A DNA stretch of 64,000 nt from contig NW_019029022.1 of the NCBI RefSeq assembly GCF_002105155.1, forward strand, positions 62,001-126,000, written 5' to 3'. Below are positions 23,927 to 34,338 of this stretch, piece after piece; position 1 is the first letter of the stretch; each line of letters starts with the position of its first letter. The notes beneath the pieces were generated by a model, which saw only the letters and a list, made by a program, of their open reading frames with translations, searched no databases and was not told the DNA's origin. The position numbers were made by a program, and so were the translations under genes. The DNA is from Lobosporangium transversale (taxonomy: Eukaryota).

Positions 23927-26900
23927 ATGTCTAATATTAATAAAGTACCAATTAACGAAGATGTTGATATGGAAATCTCTTCACCAGAGAATGGCTCAGG
24001 CTTGACACCTGTCGAGCAGTTGAACTTATTGGTGGCTAGCCTGGTCGTAGATACGACGGAGAGTGTAGTCGAGTTCGGCAGTGATGCTGTTCCCGATATC
24101 GAGAATGTTACGATGCTTCTTCGAAGTTATAGACTTCAGAAGGAGGAGACACTCAGAAAGAAGGCATTGCTGTTCCTTAGGTACAATGATGCCAAATCAA
24201 AGTTAAGAAAAATTGACATTGATGAAAAGACACTTACCAAGGCCTTAGGCGATCTCGCTCAACAGAAGGCAGACATCTTGAAGGTCTTAGTAAGACAAAC
24301 TGAAGACTTGAATAGTTCTATTGAACATATGGAGGAGGTCAGAAATGGCTTATCTTCAAGCGAGGACGTTTCGATTGATAGATCGAGTGTGTCTGAAGCA
24401 GATAGTCACCGTATAACGGTGAAATGGGATCCTGCTAATCCCGAACATGACGCACTTCATCGAATCTTCAAAGAAGAGAACATTCCTTTGATGGAAGATT
24501 CAGAAGAGGTAGACTATACCAAGGTCAAGAAGAAAACGTTTGCGGATGCGCCTATGCTTGATTTAGACGTGTCCAAGGTTCCCGGCAAGAATATGGTCAA
24601 GGAAATAGCAATCAGGGTTGTCACTTTCCGTGATGACTTTGAGAGGATATTCCGTCGTAACCTTTCTGATGTTCTTTTCGACAAACTAGCATGGGATTAC
24701 TTATCCCTCTGCGTTTCCAAAGTGTCCGGCCTGGCGCGAGACTATGACGATCTCATCAAGAAAGTGCCTCTTCAAGACAGGACCTGGTCTCGGGCAGTTA
24801 CATGCTTGAATAAAGCTCTAAAGTTTGACATTCTAGGGGCTTACATCGCTGATATGGCGCTAGTTATGAGGCCTGAGAAGAATGACACTATTAGGTCGTT
24901 CGCGCAACGATTGCTACCACTGGTTGAGGCAGCTGGAATCCCAGATGATGGCTGCTATATGCTCATCAAAGCTTTATGCAATCATCTGTCCGACGTAGGA
25001 TTTCAGGCTGTCATCAAGGAATTCGGCTCAGTGAAAAGTGTTAGCTCTTTGAAGGAGTTTCTAGAGTTCCTAGAAAAGACACCAGGTGCCTTAGGTGAGA
25101 AACGAACCGATGACGCCCATTGGTTTATCCAGAAGTATGGAGGAGACGCTGGAGAACAGTATTTGCGATCCATCAAGTCCAGATCGGAATACACTCCTAG
25201 AGAGGTTCCGAGATCTAGTCATAAAAGATCTCGACTTAATGCCAATCCGTCAAGTGATAGAGAAGCCAAGAAGGCTAAACCATTCAAGGTCTGGTGTAAG
25301 GGAACGGAGAAGTGTAGGTCGAATCCGTACAAACATGCCCCGGAGGACTGTCGGTATGCTAAGGATCAAGTCAGAGATCATTCTAAGGATAAGCCCAAGG
25401 ACGTCAAGAGAACTGATGTGCGCAAGCCGCTTGCCTCAGTCAGTGCTTTTAAGAGGATTAGTGATAGTGCGCTCATAAGAGACATAATTCCGAATAAAGA
25501 ATCCTTCTTTTCCTCGTACTCAATTGTTGAGAAAGCTTGTATCAAGCACCTAGGGGCTTTCAAAGGTCCCGCTCCTGGTGATAATAGAATAGCTGTGCCT
25601 ATATTTATAAACGGGCAACAATATACAGCATTGTTAGATCCAGGCGCCACAACTTCTTTGCTCAGTAAGGAAGTAGCCATAGAGCAAGGTATTCGCTATG
25701 GTCGAGTACCAGGAGAATCTATAGCAATGATAGAAAAAGGGACTAGCACGGATAATGCCATTACTTGTGATAAAGTCCAATTGGTCTGCAACAATAGATC
25801 TGGAGAATATCAATTGTCGGTCATGGACATTGAGTATTATGACTTCGTGTTGGGAATGGATCTCTTCGCTAGACTCGGCTTTTCCATCACGGGAATAGCC
25901 ATGCCGGAGATACGAGAGGAGGAATCCCTATGGGTCCCATATGATGAAAAACCTCAAGTCATTCCGTCACAAACTCCAGAAAGAGAAAACAATGCTGAAT
26001 TCAAAGCATTGAAAGAAAAGTTCCTGTTAGCACTGGAGCCTTATTTACAGGCGAATGAAGCCATCTCGCCAAATTCATTTTGCAATCTTGATACAATGAA
26101 GGTCCAGCTAAAGGTTAAACCCACCTGTATCATCCAGGAAAGATCTCGCCCATTCCATTCGCAAATTGAAAAAGAAGAAGTGGAAAAGACCATCCAGAAG
26201 TGGCAAGAAACGGGTGTTATCGTTCCAGCACCTAAGGGGTGTCCGTATAATAACTCCCTGACAATGGCAGCACGCCGTGACCTGGATGGTAATATTCTGA
26301 AATATAGAGTATGCCTTGATCCAAGAATGTTGAATCGTCAACTAGAGGATACTGATGTCTTCCCTCTACCATTAATCACTGATATCCAGCAGAGGGTAGC
26401 AGGGCATCTGTATTTCACCGCAATTGATCTGTCTCAGGCGTATCATCGCATGCCTGTAGAGAAATCAAGCCAACCACTAACTGCATTTACGTACGGTGGT
26501 AAGCAATATATGTTTGCTAGAGCACCTTTTGGTTTAAAACCCCTCACGAGTATCTTCCAAAGAGGAATGTCACAACTCTTAGATGATCTGCACTTTGCTG
26601 ACAATTATGTGGATGACATTATTGTCTATTCGCACACAGCAGAGGATCATATTCTTCATGTCAGCATTGTCATAGAAAGGCTTACAGCTGCAAAGTTGAT
26701 AATCAATAGAGAAAAGAGTAAATTCCTTAGTACAGAAGTGCTACTACTGGGGTTCATAATCAACAAAGAAGGACGCAAAATAGATATCAACAAGGTTGCT
26801 AATGTGCATTCATGGACACCACCTACCAATAAGAAGATGGTTCAACGCTATTTAGGCCTCTTCAATTATTTTAGGGAGTATATACCCTTGTACAGCTCGC

Positions 26901-29002
26901 TCACAGCACCTCTAGATGCCCTGCGCAATGCCAAAGGCACTTTTGATCTTAATAAGGAGCAAATGCGAAGCTTTAACAGCATCAGATCGCTTATAGCCCA
27001 AGCTCCAGCCTTATCGTTCCCTGATTTTACTCAGCAATTCTTTGTAGCCACAGATGCCTCTAACGTAGGCATAGGAGCTGTCCTATATCAGCTACCGGGT
27101 GGCAAGGAAGATGAAACCAAGGTCAACTACATATCCTTTCAAGCCAGAGCATTGCATAAGCATGAGAAAAATTACCCAGCTTACAAGAAGGAACTCTTAG
27201 CAATTATTTTTGCACTAATGAAATTTCACCATTACCTTTGGGGAAGAAGATTTACATTATATACTGATCACAGACCTCTGACGTACATTCATGAACAGAA
27301 GGAGTTGCCACAAATAATCCTGAATTGGAAGGCCACTCTGCTCAACTATGATTTTGAATGTATTTATCGTCCAGGCCTGCTGAACATTATTCCAGACGCA
27401 TTATCTCGCGCATTTCCTGAGGAATTGTGGAAGTCTCCTAAAGAAGAACAAGCTACATGTTCTACGAGTCGGCAGATTGCTTCTATGAGGCGAGGAACAG
27501 AGACTACCGAGAATGTTCAGGCAGCTCCACAGTCATCTGATTCGCAGCAGCTGCCTTCCACTCTACAGGTTATTGATATAACTGCTCCTTACTCTCATCA
27601 ACTTCAGTTGGAGGATGCTTCTAGAAAAATCATCCAAGATCCTGAAGAAAAGCTTCAGCATCTTCGCCTAGCACACGAATTCGGTCATCCTGGAGGAAAT
27701 GCCATGGTTACTGCTATCCATGCTAAAGGCTTTACTTGGCCTAAATTGAGAGATGATTGTCTCAAATGGGTTAGCCAATGCGGACCATGCCAAAGATTCA
27801 ACATAGCTAGAAAGGGGTATCATCCTTTAACTGCCATACATGCCAGACTCCCAGGGGAACACATAGCATTCGATTTAGCCTCATTTGAAACCAGTTCCAG
27901 GGGTAATAACTACGCTTTAGTAGTGGTTGACATCTGCACAAGATTTGTATTCCTGGAGCCTCTGCCTGATAAGGAAGCCATTACGGTGGCCAGCACCCTC
28001 TTCAAGCTATTCTGCTCTATTGGATTCCCTAAAATTATCCAAACTGATAATGGCACTGAATTCGTCAATGGAGTGTCACGTCTCATAACGCAAAAGTTGC
28101 AAATAGAGCATAGACTCTCCACGCCATATCATCCACGCTCGAATGGTGTAGCGGAGAGGTTTGTCCGCACATTTAAGGACATCCTCAGAAAACAACTCGA
28201 AGGCATACAGAATGATTGGGACATCCATCTTCCAATGGTTCAGCTCCAAATGAATACTAGAGTCGCGAGTCTACATCATTCAACGCCATTCTCATTATTC
28301 TATGGACGCTCATTTGCAGGACTAACGGATTTTTCCTCAGCCGAGTCACATCTCCTGTCTGAAGAAGAATTACAGAACAGATTGGAATATCTCACCGCGT
28401 TAGTTTTCCCTGCTATCGATGATAAGAGTTCTGACACGCAAAAAAGAATGGTGGAGAAATTCAACAGGACACACAAAATCCTTCAGTTCCCACCTGGAGC
28501 GTTTGTCATGGCGAAGGAAGAATTGCCCAATGGTAAATTAGCACCTAAATACCAAGGCCCATACAAAGTAGTGGCTCGTACCGAAAATGGTGCCTACACT
28601 CTGCTAGACGCTACCAACCAGAAATTGGCTCGTAATTATGCTCCGAGCCAGCTCAAAATGGTCACTCAAGCTCTTGATGCTCCCAGTGAAGAGTCGTATG
28701 AAATAGAGTCTATCGTTGACCACGAACTCACGGGAAAAGGAATGATGTATACTGTAAAGTGGAAGGGCTATGACTCCTCATACAACGAGCAAATTCCCTA
28801 TGAGAATTTTGACTCGGACATCATCATTCGTCAATATTGGAAGAACCTAAGACAGCAAAATCCTCATATTAATGACAGAAAGAGGAAGAAGCAGCAAAAG
28901 AATAACGCATCAGAGTCAACAAGACTTCTTAAGAGGAAGCAGAGACAACTCACCCATAACCAGACCAAACGGCACAAGCGTCATGTAGCGGCAAAGCTGT
29001 AA
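23927..29002 (+). CDS. Gag-Pol polyprotein (1691 aa, single frame): Gag, aspartic protease, RT, RNase H, integrase, chromodomain
   Basis: Protease LLDPGAT; RT RAPFGL and NYVDDI; RNase H TDASNVGIGAVL; integrase H..H..CGPC with FDL, TDNGTEF and AERFVR; chromodomain YEIESIVDH...YTVKWKGY. Confidence 0.97.
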   Translation: MSNINKVPINEDVDMEISSPENGSGLTPVEQLNLLVASLVVDTTESVVEFGSDAVPDIENVTMLLRSYRLQKEETLRKKALLFLRYNDAKSKLRKIDIDEKTLTKALGDLAQQKADILKVLVRQTEDLNSSIEHMEEVRNGLSSSEDVSIDRSSVSEADSHRITVKWDPANPEHDALHRIFKEENIPLMEDSEEVDYTKVKKKTFADAPMLDLDVSKVPGKNMVKEIAIRVVTFRDDFERIFRRNLSDVLFDKLAWDYLSLCVSKVSGLARDYDDLIKKVPLQDRTWSRAVTCLNKALKFDILGAYIADMALVMRPEKNDTIRSFAQRLLPLVEAAGIPDDGCYMLIKALCNHLSDVGFQAVIKEFGSVKSVSSLKEFLEFLEKTPGALGEKRTDDAHWFIQKYGGDAGEQYLRSIKSRSEYTPREVPRSSHKRSRLNANPSSDREAKKAKPFKVWCKGTEKCRSNPYKHAPEDCRYAKDQVRDHSKDKPKDVKRTDVRKPLASVSAFKRISDSALIRDIIPNKESFFSSYSIVEKACIKHLGAFKGPAPGDNRIAVPIFINGQQYTALLDPGATTSLLSKEVAIEQGIRYGRVPGESIAMIEKGTSTDNAITCDKVQLVCNNRSGEYQLSVMDIEYYDFVLGMDLFARLGFSITGIAMPEIREEESLWVPYDEKPQVIPSQTPERENNAEFKALKEKFLLALEPYLQANEAISPNSFCNLDTMKVQLKVKPTCIIQERSRPFHSQIEKEEVEKTIQKWQETGVIVPAPKGCPYNNSLTMAARRDLDGNILKYRVCLDPRMLNRQLEDTDVFPLPLITDIQQRVAGHLYFTAIDLSQAYHRMPVEKSSQPLTAFTYGGKQYMFARAPFGLKPLTSIFQRGMSQLLDDLHFADNYVDDIIVYSHTAEDHILHVSIVIERLTAAKLIINREKSKFLSTEVLLLGFIINKEGRKIDINKVANVHSWTPPTNKKMVQRYLGLFNYFREYIPLYSSLTAPLDALRNAKGTFDLNKEQMRSFNSIRSLIAQAPALSFPDFTQQFFVATDASNVGIGAVLYQLPGGKEDETKVNYISFQARALHKHEKNYPAYKKELLAIIFALMKFHHYLWGRRFTLYTDHRPLTYIHEQKELPQIILNWKATLLNYDFECIYRPGLLNIIPDALSRAFPEELWKSPKEEQATCSTSRQIASMRRGTETTENVQAAPQSSDSQQLPSTLQVIDITAPYSHQLQLEDASRKIIQDPEEKLQHLRLAHEFGHPGGNAMVTAIHAKGFTWPKLRDDCLKWVSQCGPCQRFNIARKGYHPLTAIHARLPGEHIAFDLASFETSSRGNNYALVVVDICTRFVFLEPLPDKEAITVASTLFKLFCSIGFPKIIQTDNGTEFVNGVSRLITQKLQIEHRLSTPYHPRSNGVAERFVRTFKDILRKQLEGIQNDWDIHLPMVQLQMNTRVASLHHSTPFSLFYGRSFAGLTDFSSAESHLLSEEELQNRLEYLTALVFPAIDDKSSDTQKRMVEKFNRTHKILQFPPGAFVMAKEELPNGKLAPKYQGPYKVVARTENGAYTLLDATNQKLARNYAPSQLKMVTQALDAPSEESYEIESIVDHELTGKGMMYTVKWKGYDSSYNEQIPYENFDSDIIIRQYWKNLRQQNPHINDRKRKKQQKNNASESTRLLKRKQRQLTHNQTKRHKRHVAAKL

Positions 29003-29156
29003 AGTGCAGAGAGCTGTTATATTAGTAGGGTTGAGATAACTGGAGTTTTTGTACAAATAAGTTTTCTCCAGTATGAAGAAAAGAGAGCACACACTCGTCC
29101 TCATTTCAATATTTTTTTTTTTTTTTTTTGCAACGCAACAGTCAATAAATTTCAAT

Positions 29157-29840
29157 TTAGCAACTATCAACTTTATTCTTTCCCTTGCAGCATTTGCAAC
29201 TAGCAACTGGATGTGATGGCAACTGAGAGTTAAGAGAATCTACAACTTTCTCTACCCGTATGCGCATAGTCTTATACTTCTCTGATTGCTTGCGCAACTT
29301 AGTATACTTCTTGTAGAGGCGTTCATACCTCTTAGCCCATGCGAATTCTCTTTGGAGGCGGCTCTTCGCGGAATCATCGCCACTCTCCGCCATCAAACGT
29401 CTTCTCTTCCCAAGAGTCGTACACACTCCACAGCTTGACAATTCTGCTTCACTGCTTTCGCTGCCTGATGACTCTTCATCACCAGAGGGCTCCTTTCGCT
29501 TCCTGATAGGACGAGGTCCTGGGATTTCCAGAGAGGCTGATCGGCTCCGTGCCTCTGGGTGGTAAAACTGATAGTGTGCCTTTTTCCAGGCACGAGTCTC
29601 CTCGTCACTATCCCACAGATCCTCCTCACCCTCATAATCCTCGTCGTCCTCAGCGTCATAGCTGCTCTCTTCCTCAGTATCTCCTTCGAAGTTACTGCGA
29701 TTCTCCACGTCTGCAGTCTCTGTTAATATGAGTGAAGACGGAGCTGTTGAAAGCTCCGTAGGGATAAATTCATAGTCCTCATACTCATGTAGAGTTGAAG
29801 AGTCAGACAGGGGGGAAGAGGGAGAATTGTTAGAAGGCAT
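29157..29840 (-). CDS. Antisense accessory ORF of the retrotransposon (~227 aa from MPSNNS; open from 29978), unknown function
   Basis: Long open frame inside the element between pol and the 3' LTR: Ser/acidic N-terminus, basic NLS-like IRKRK and KRRR, CGVC, a helical basic segment and CKCC. Confidence 0.65.
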   Translation of the reverse strand: MPSNNSPSSPLSDSSTLHEYEDYEFIPTELSTAPSSLILTETADVENRSNFEGDTEEESSYDAEDDEDYEGEEDLWDSDEETRAWKKAHYQFYHPEARSRSASLEIPGPRPIRKRKEPSGDEESSGSESSEAELSSCGVCTTLGKRRRLMAESGDDSAKSRLQREFAWAKRYERLYKKYTKLRKQSEKYKTMRIRVEKVVDSLNSQLPSHPVASCKCCKGKNKVDSC

Positions 29841-30410
29841 ATTGATAATTGTCTGCTGATGGCTGTTATAAGGAAAGTAAGTAATGAGTATGTGTCCCTG
29901 CAAGAAGGTGTTTGAGTAGCAAAAGTGAATACTGAGGAATGAAGGAATGAGTGAGCGTTTGAAGTTTCCAATCTTCATTCCTTTTGACCTTAATCTTCTT
30001 CATTTGCTTCGTGAATCCTCATTCGTCCTTCTGGGGGGAAGTGGATGGCGTGATCTTTTTGTGATCCCTGTTTGACAAAGGACCAATGAGATTTCTACAT
30101 TTTTGACATGCTGAATAATTACTACCCACATCTCCTGTATGACACATCCTGATCCAATGGCTGTTATATTTCCATGATCCATTTGCTGACATTACTTTTT
30201 GAGATAAAGTCTCTCTCTAATCACAAGAAAAGAAATATCAAAACAAGTTTTAAGAATAGACACTGTGAAGTCTCACGTGAGGTTTAAATTTTTGTCCTCA
30301 AGAGGTTTATTTTTTTCCTCCTACCTTTCAACAACAAGAGGTTTTTCTTATTTTTCCTCAAGGCCTTTAGACAAGACGCCAAAAACCCTACATAAAATCT
30401 GGGGGGAAGT

Positions 30411-30580
30411 TGTTACGTCCTGAGGCTAGGGAGTGTACCCAAATGGAGCACTCCCCTTTTTATTCATAGATCAGAGCAATTAGTGACGGCTATGTTGGAG
30501 CCTATATAAGGCTCCGACCTAGCTAAAATAATAAACAACTTTTGATCTCCTTGACTTCCGATTTACCATAAAACATATCA
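30411..30580 (+). repeat. 3' LTR (170 bp), identical to the 5' LTR
   Basis: Base-by-base match by eye; preceded by the PPT and followed by the TSD. Confidence 0.98.
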
Positions 30581-30762
30581 TATTGCTTACTTTTTTGCTA
30601 TTTCCTTAACTTCAGTTAAAATGCCTTTATTTTATTTTTCATTGGACTAAGAACTGTAAAGAAAAAAGAACTAAGCAATAGATATAATAAAGATTCAATA
30701 TGGATCAGGGTCCGGCTCTATCGGATTTCGGGTTTGCGTCACCAGGCACGGAGCGAGCCATG

Positions 30763-31670
30763 TTAGACATAAGGCTTGTATTTCCTAGCTGTGGGGTTAG
30801 CTCTACAGCTCTTGTCTTGATGCCTCTTTAAGGTATCTTTCCTCTTACAACGCTTCATACAATATTCACAGCGAAACGTACTTGTAGGGGAGTGCGTTCC
30901 TTTATGTCGTATAAGTTCAGCATTCCTCAGGAAACGACTACTGCATCCTTCTACCTCACAAAAGTATTTCTTTTCCTTTGGAAAATGGGTTCTGATGTGG
31001 GCTTTGAGATTGGAGGCATTGGTCAAAGCTTTACTACAATAAGGACAGGCATGTTCAGGAAGCTTTACCAAAGAAGCTGCCATGAGCTGTGAGGAAGAGG
31101 ATGAAGGGGGAGATGAGGATGAAGCGAATGAAGATGACGTAGAAGAATAGGGCGAGGATAATGGCAAAGAGGAAGAGGGCGAGAAAGTAGAGGGAGATGA
31201 GTAGGAAGGTGTGTAGCTTGACAGAGCATCGGCAACCATGGGCATTTCCTGATCGTATGTACCAGGTAATACACGATTAGATGAAGAGGATACTAAGGCC
31301 GAGGATACTCTTTGGGCCTCAATGACATTCATTTCTTGGTAACATTCGGATTCGGAAGGAATTGATGCACATCTATAGTATTCCAGCTAGGAAAATAACA
31401 TTGCAGTAGCGCGTTAAGCTTCCTAACTAGGTTATACATCTTAGACACGATCCAAAAACACCCAAAGAAGCTTTTGTTTTCATTTACTACTGCAGTATTG
31501 GAAGGGATAGCGGTGTGCGAGTGCTCCTGTTGGTCTTTCTGGTTTAATAGATCGAGCCAGCTTGCATCGTCAATTGCTGAAGGGGTATCGATCGATGTAT
31601 CTGGTATATCGTCGAACTCCAAAAAGAATACGAAGTCCTCAGGCTCGTTTAGCGAATTCTGAGAAAGCAT
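30763..31670 (-). CDS. C2H2 zinc-finger transcription factor (3 fingers), 2 exons, intron ~31387-31487
   Basis: CPYC...HIRTH, CEVEGC...HKGTH and CEYC...HQDKSC. An acidic N-terminal exon from ATG 31670 splices in frame via GTAAAT...TAG. Confidence 0.85.
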
Positions 31671-32830
31671 TTATTTTAACAGCGGTCAATAGTTTAAAAG
31701 GAAGGCAAAGGGGAAGCAGTGGCGATGGAGAAGGGAGAAGGATGACAAGAAAGGAGAATGAGAAGAAAAGTGAAAAGAAAAATGACAAGGAAAGTAGCAA
31801 GAAAAGTGTAGGAAGCGACCTCATCACTGCAAGGAAAAGAAGGTTCACATTATTCGAGTGGCGAATGGTCTCCACCACAAGGTCGCATCACATCCTTTAA
31901 TTACATTGTGGTACGCTTTTTTTGACAGCTGAGAAACCGTACAAATTCAAAATTTTAATAGAGTTGTGTGTGTTTCAAGAAATGTTAGATGGGTAGATTA
32001 TCATCTAGATCATTATTATATCACTCAGGTCACTATGTTAAAGGTGGCTATCGGTAGCAACAGTGAAAGGCATTTGGCTACTTCTTGTGAATGTGAATGA
32101 GGGTAATGTCTGCTTCGATCGGTCAATTGTTTCCAATACAGTCAAATTCATTCAAAAAATTATATGAAAATGGAGGGGAAGGTCATGTACGTAAATTTCT
32201 GTTATTCAAATTGACTCCCCTGAAAAAAAGGTGATATACTTTACCTTGTAGATCATAGTAGCGATCATGCATTCGACTTCGTCCAGGTCCGCCGCTACGC
32301 CAACAAAAGCCAGTGAAAGTCGTAGTGTTTTTGTTTGATATATCAGTAGACGCGTCATTGAAGAGGAAGAATAAAGATTAAGAGCCCTGCTTTATGCGAT
32401 TTACAAAGAGTGATGCAATGAGGTGTTGGTGAGCAATTTGCTAATTGCATCGCGTGAAAATAGCCATAACAGCTCATGGTGGTTAGGCAAAGGAATGAAG
32501 AATCATAATGACAAAGCATATCCTCAGAAGGAAACGCATGGATGTAAAAAGTGCATCTGCTTTAGCTTTAGCTTCCTCTTTTAGCTCGTGTAATGAATTA
32601 TGACTATCTCAGCAGAATGCGGGAAATACATGTACACCAGTTTCTGAACTTTAATTCCTTAATTCCACTACATATTCCAGTTTGCGAGGAAAGAAAAAAG
32701 GGACGGGTTATTTCTTGCAAAAAGAAATTTTTGTGTTAAATTTCATCTGCATAATTTGTCCCCACATCCAAAAGATGGATCATAGTAGAGATCTATATTA
32801 GTTCTAAAATGTAGTCACAACGGAAATGAG

Positions 32831-32837
32831 TATAAAA
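32831..32837 (+). promoter_or_regulatory. Probable TATA box of the U5 snRNA gene
   Basis: TATAAAA about 38 nt upstream of the predicted U5 5' end. Confidence 0.5.
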
Positions 32838-32874
32838 AGGCCAGCCCAATCGCCAGAAATTTTTTTTTTTCTTC

Positions 32875-32993
32875 ATCGCACTCCAGTGGTTATAACTAAT
32901 CGGATAAACATCATGCCTTTTACCTGACGTTTTCGAGTTACAGCCATACACAATGGAGTTGATCACTACTTTTTGGACCCGCTTCGGCGGGTT
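32875..32993 (+). ncRNA. U5: U5 spliceosomal snRNA
   Basis: Invariant loop I GCCTTTTAC (32915-32923) closed by TCA/TGA; long stem ACTCCA/TGGAGT and TAACT/AGTTA; Sm-like site ACTTTTTGG (32968-32976); 3' stem-loop ACCCGC-TTCG-GCGGGT; TATAAAA about 40 nt upstream. Confidence 0.9.
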
Positions 32994-34338
32994 ACTCTTC
33001 TCTTATACTTATTATCTTATTATCTCTACTACTTCTACTACTATATTATACACTACTATAACATTTTTACTACTGTGATTTACGTGTGTGTTATTCTGCA
33101 TTCCTTGTTGTATGCATGTGTATGACATAAAAGAGCAAAATTGAGAACGATAAAGTTAGGAAGAGTCTCTACAACCTTTCTTGCCTGTCCTTTGTTACAA
33201 TTTTTTTTTTTTTTTTTTTTTTTTGATGGATTTAGATGAGAGGGGCAGTACAAAAATCCAGTATACTACGCCCCTGGAGGGCACTTTCCGTCAGGAGATT
33301 AAGAGATTTATAAAATACCTCATCCGTTGATGGAGCATTAATAGAAAGTAGAAAGGGAGTTTGATGATAATAAGCAGCAACCCTAGATCTTTATTTAAAA
33401 TAAAGCAGTACTAGAGTGTGTTAGCAATATTTATTTTGAGTGTGAAAGGATAAAGGAGGCTTGATCATGTGAATTGCCGTGGCGTAGTGCATGAGGGAGT
33501 TATTGATGATTGGACTTTCGGGCAATCTATTTTTATCATTATGAGCATATAAATTTTTCCATGCCAACACCGCCCTCATTCTTTCCTTGTGATCTGTGTT
33601 CTTCTCTTCTTCGAAGAATAATCCACATAACCTCCGATTTTTTTTTGTTTCAGCGTTCCCACAGCCCAAAGTTAATAAGACTAATGCAGAGTTAGGCTCA
33701 GCCTCAAATCATTCTAGGATGTTAATTGAGTTTTTTTTTTACAACAACCACGATTTAGTTTATTTATATTACATTTTGTAGCATCATTAATAGCCAATCG
33801 TTGGTTGCCGATTGTTGGTGCCCATACTTTGTGTTCAAGAATCATTTCCGCGGAGAGATAAAATAGATAGTTGGAATGATAGACATACATGTCTATATAA
33901 ATGTAGTATATGATCGGTTGTTTTTGATGAACGTTGTTATATTTTGCATGAGCAAAAAGAAAGAAAGAAGGGTGGCCGCAGGTAATGCAAGGTGGAGTCG
34001 ATTTCCTCTTTGAGAGCCAACACAACGCATACACACAAGGATGACTTGCTTTTTGCGTTTATTACACCCATGTCACGATTCAATACCAAAATAAGCAGTG
34101 CTAATTGCCATGTGTGTAATGCAAAGTAAATAAAGTGTTTTGTTTATGAGTAAAAAAGTGAAGAGTACAAGTATCTCCGTTTATAAACAGACCGTGTCTT
34201 CCTCTTTTTTTTTGTTTTTTTCTTCATTCCATTCCATTCCTCATTTTAGTCACCTGCATTCCTTTTTTTTTTTTTTTTTTTTTTTTTTTTCTTCCTCTTA
34301 TCTCTCTCTTCTGCTCTGCTCTGCTCTGCAAGTTACAT

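Larger units (their letters stand above)
23662..30580 (+). mobile_element. Full-length Ty3/Gypsy LTR retrotransposon with chromodomain (chromovirus-like)
   Basis: Identical 170-bp LTRs (TG...CA), 5-bp TSD TATTG (23657-23661 and 30581-30585), PPT GGGGGGAAG at 30401-30409, and an uninterrupted gag-pol ORF in PR-RT-RH-IN-CHD order. Confidence 0.98.

Noticed and set aside
29157..29978. env gene interpretation of the extra ORF
   Set aside because: Antisense orientation, and no signal peptide or transmembrane segment from the likely start codon.
32977..33060. GC hairpin followed by TACTA-rich sequence as a second Helitron end
   Set aside because: The hairpin is better explained as the U5 snRNA 3' stem-loop.
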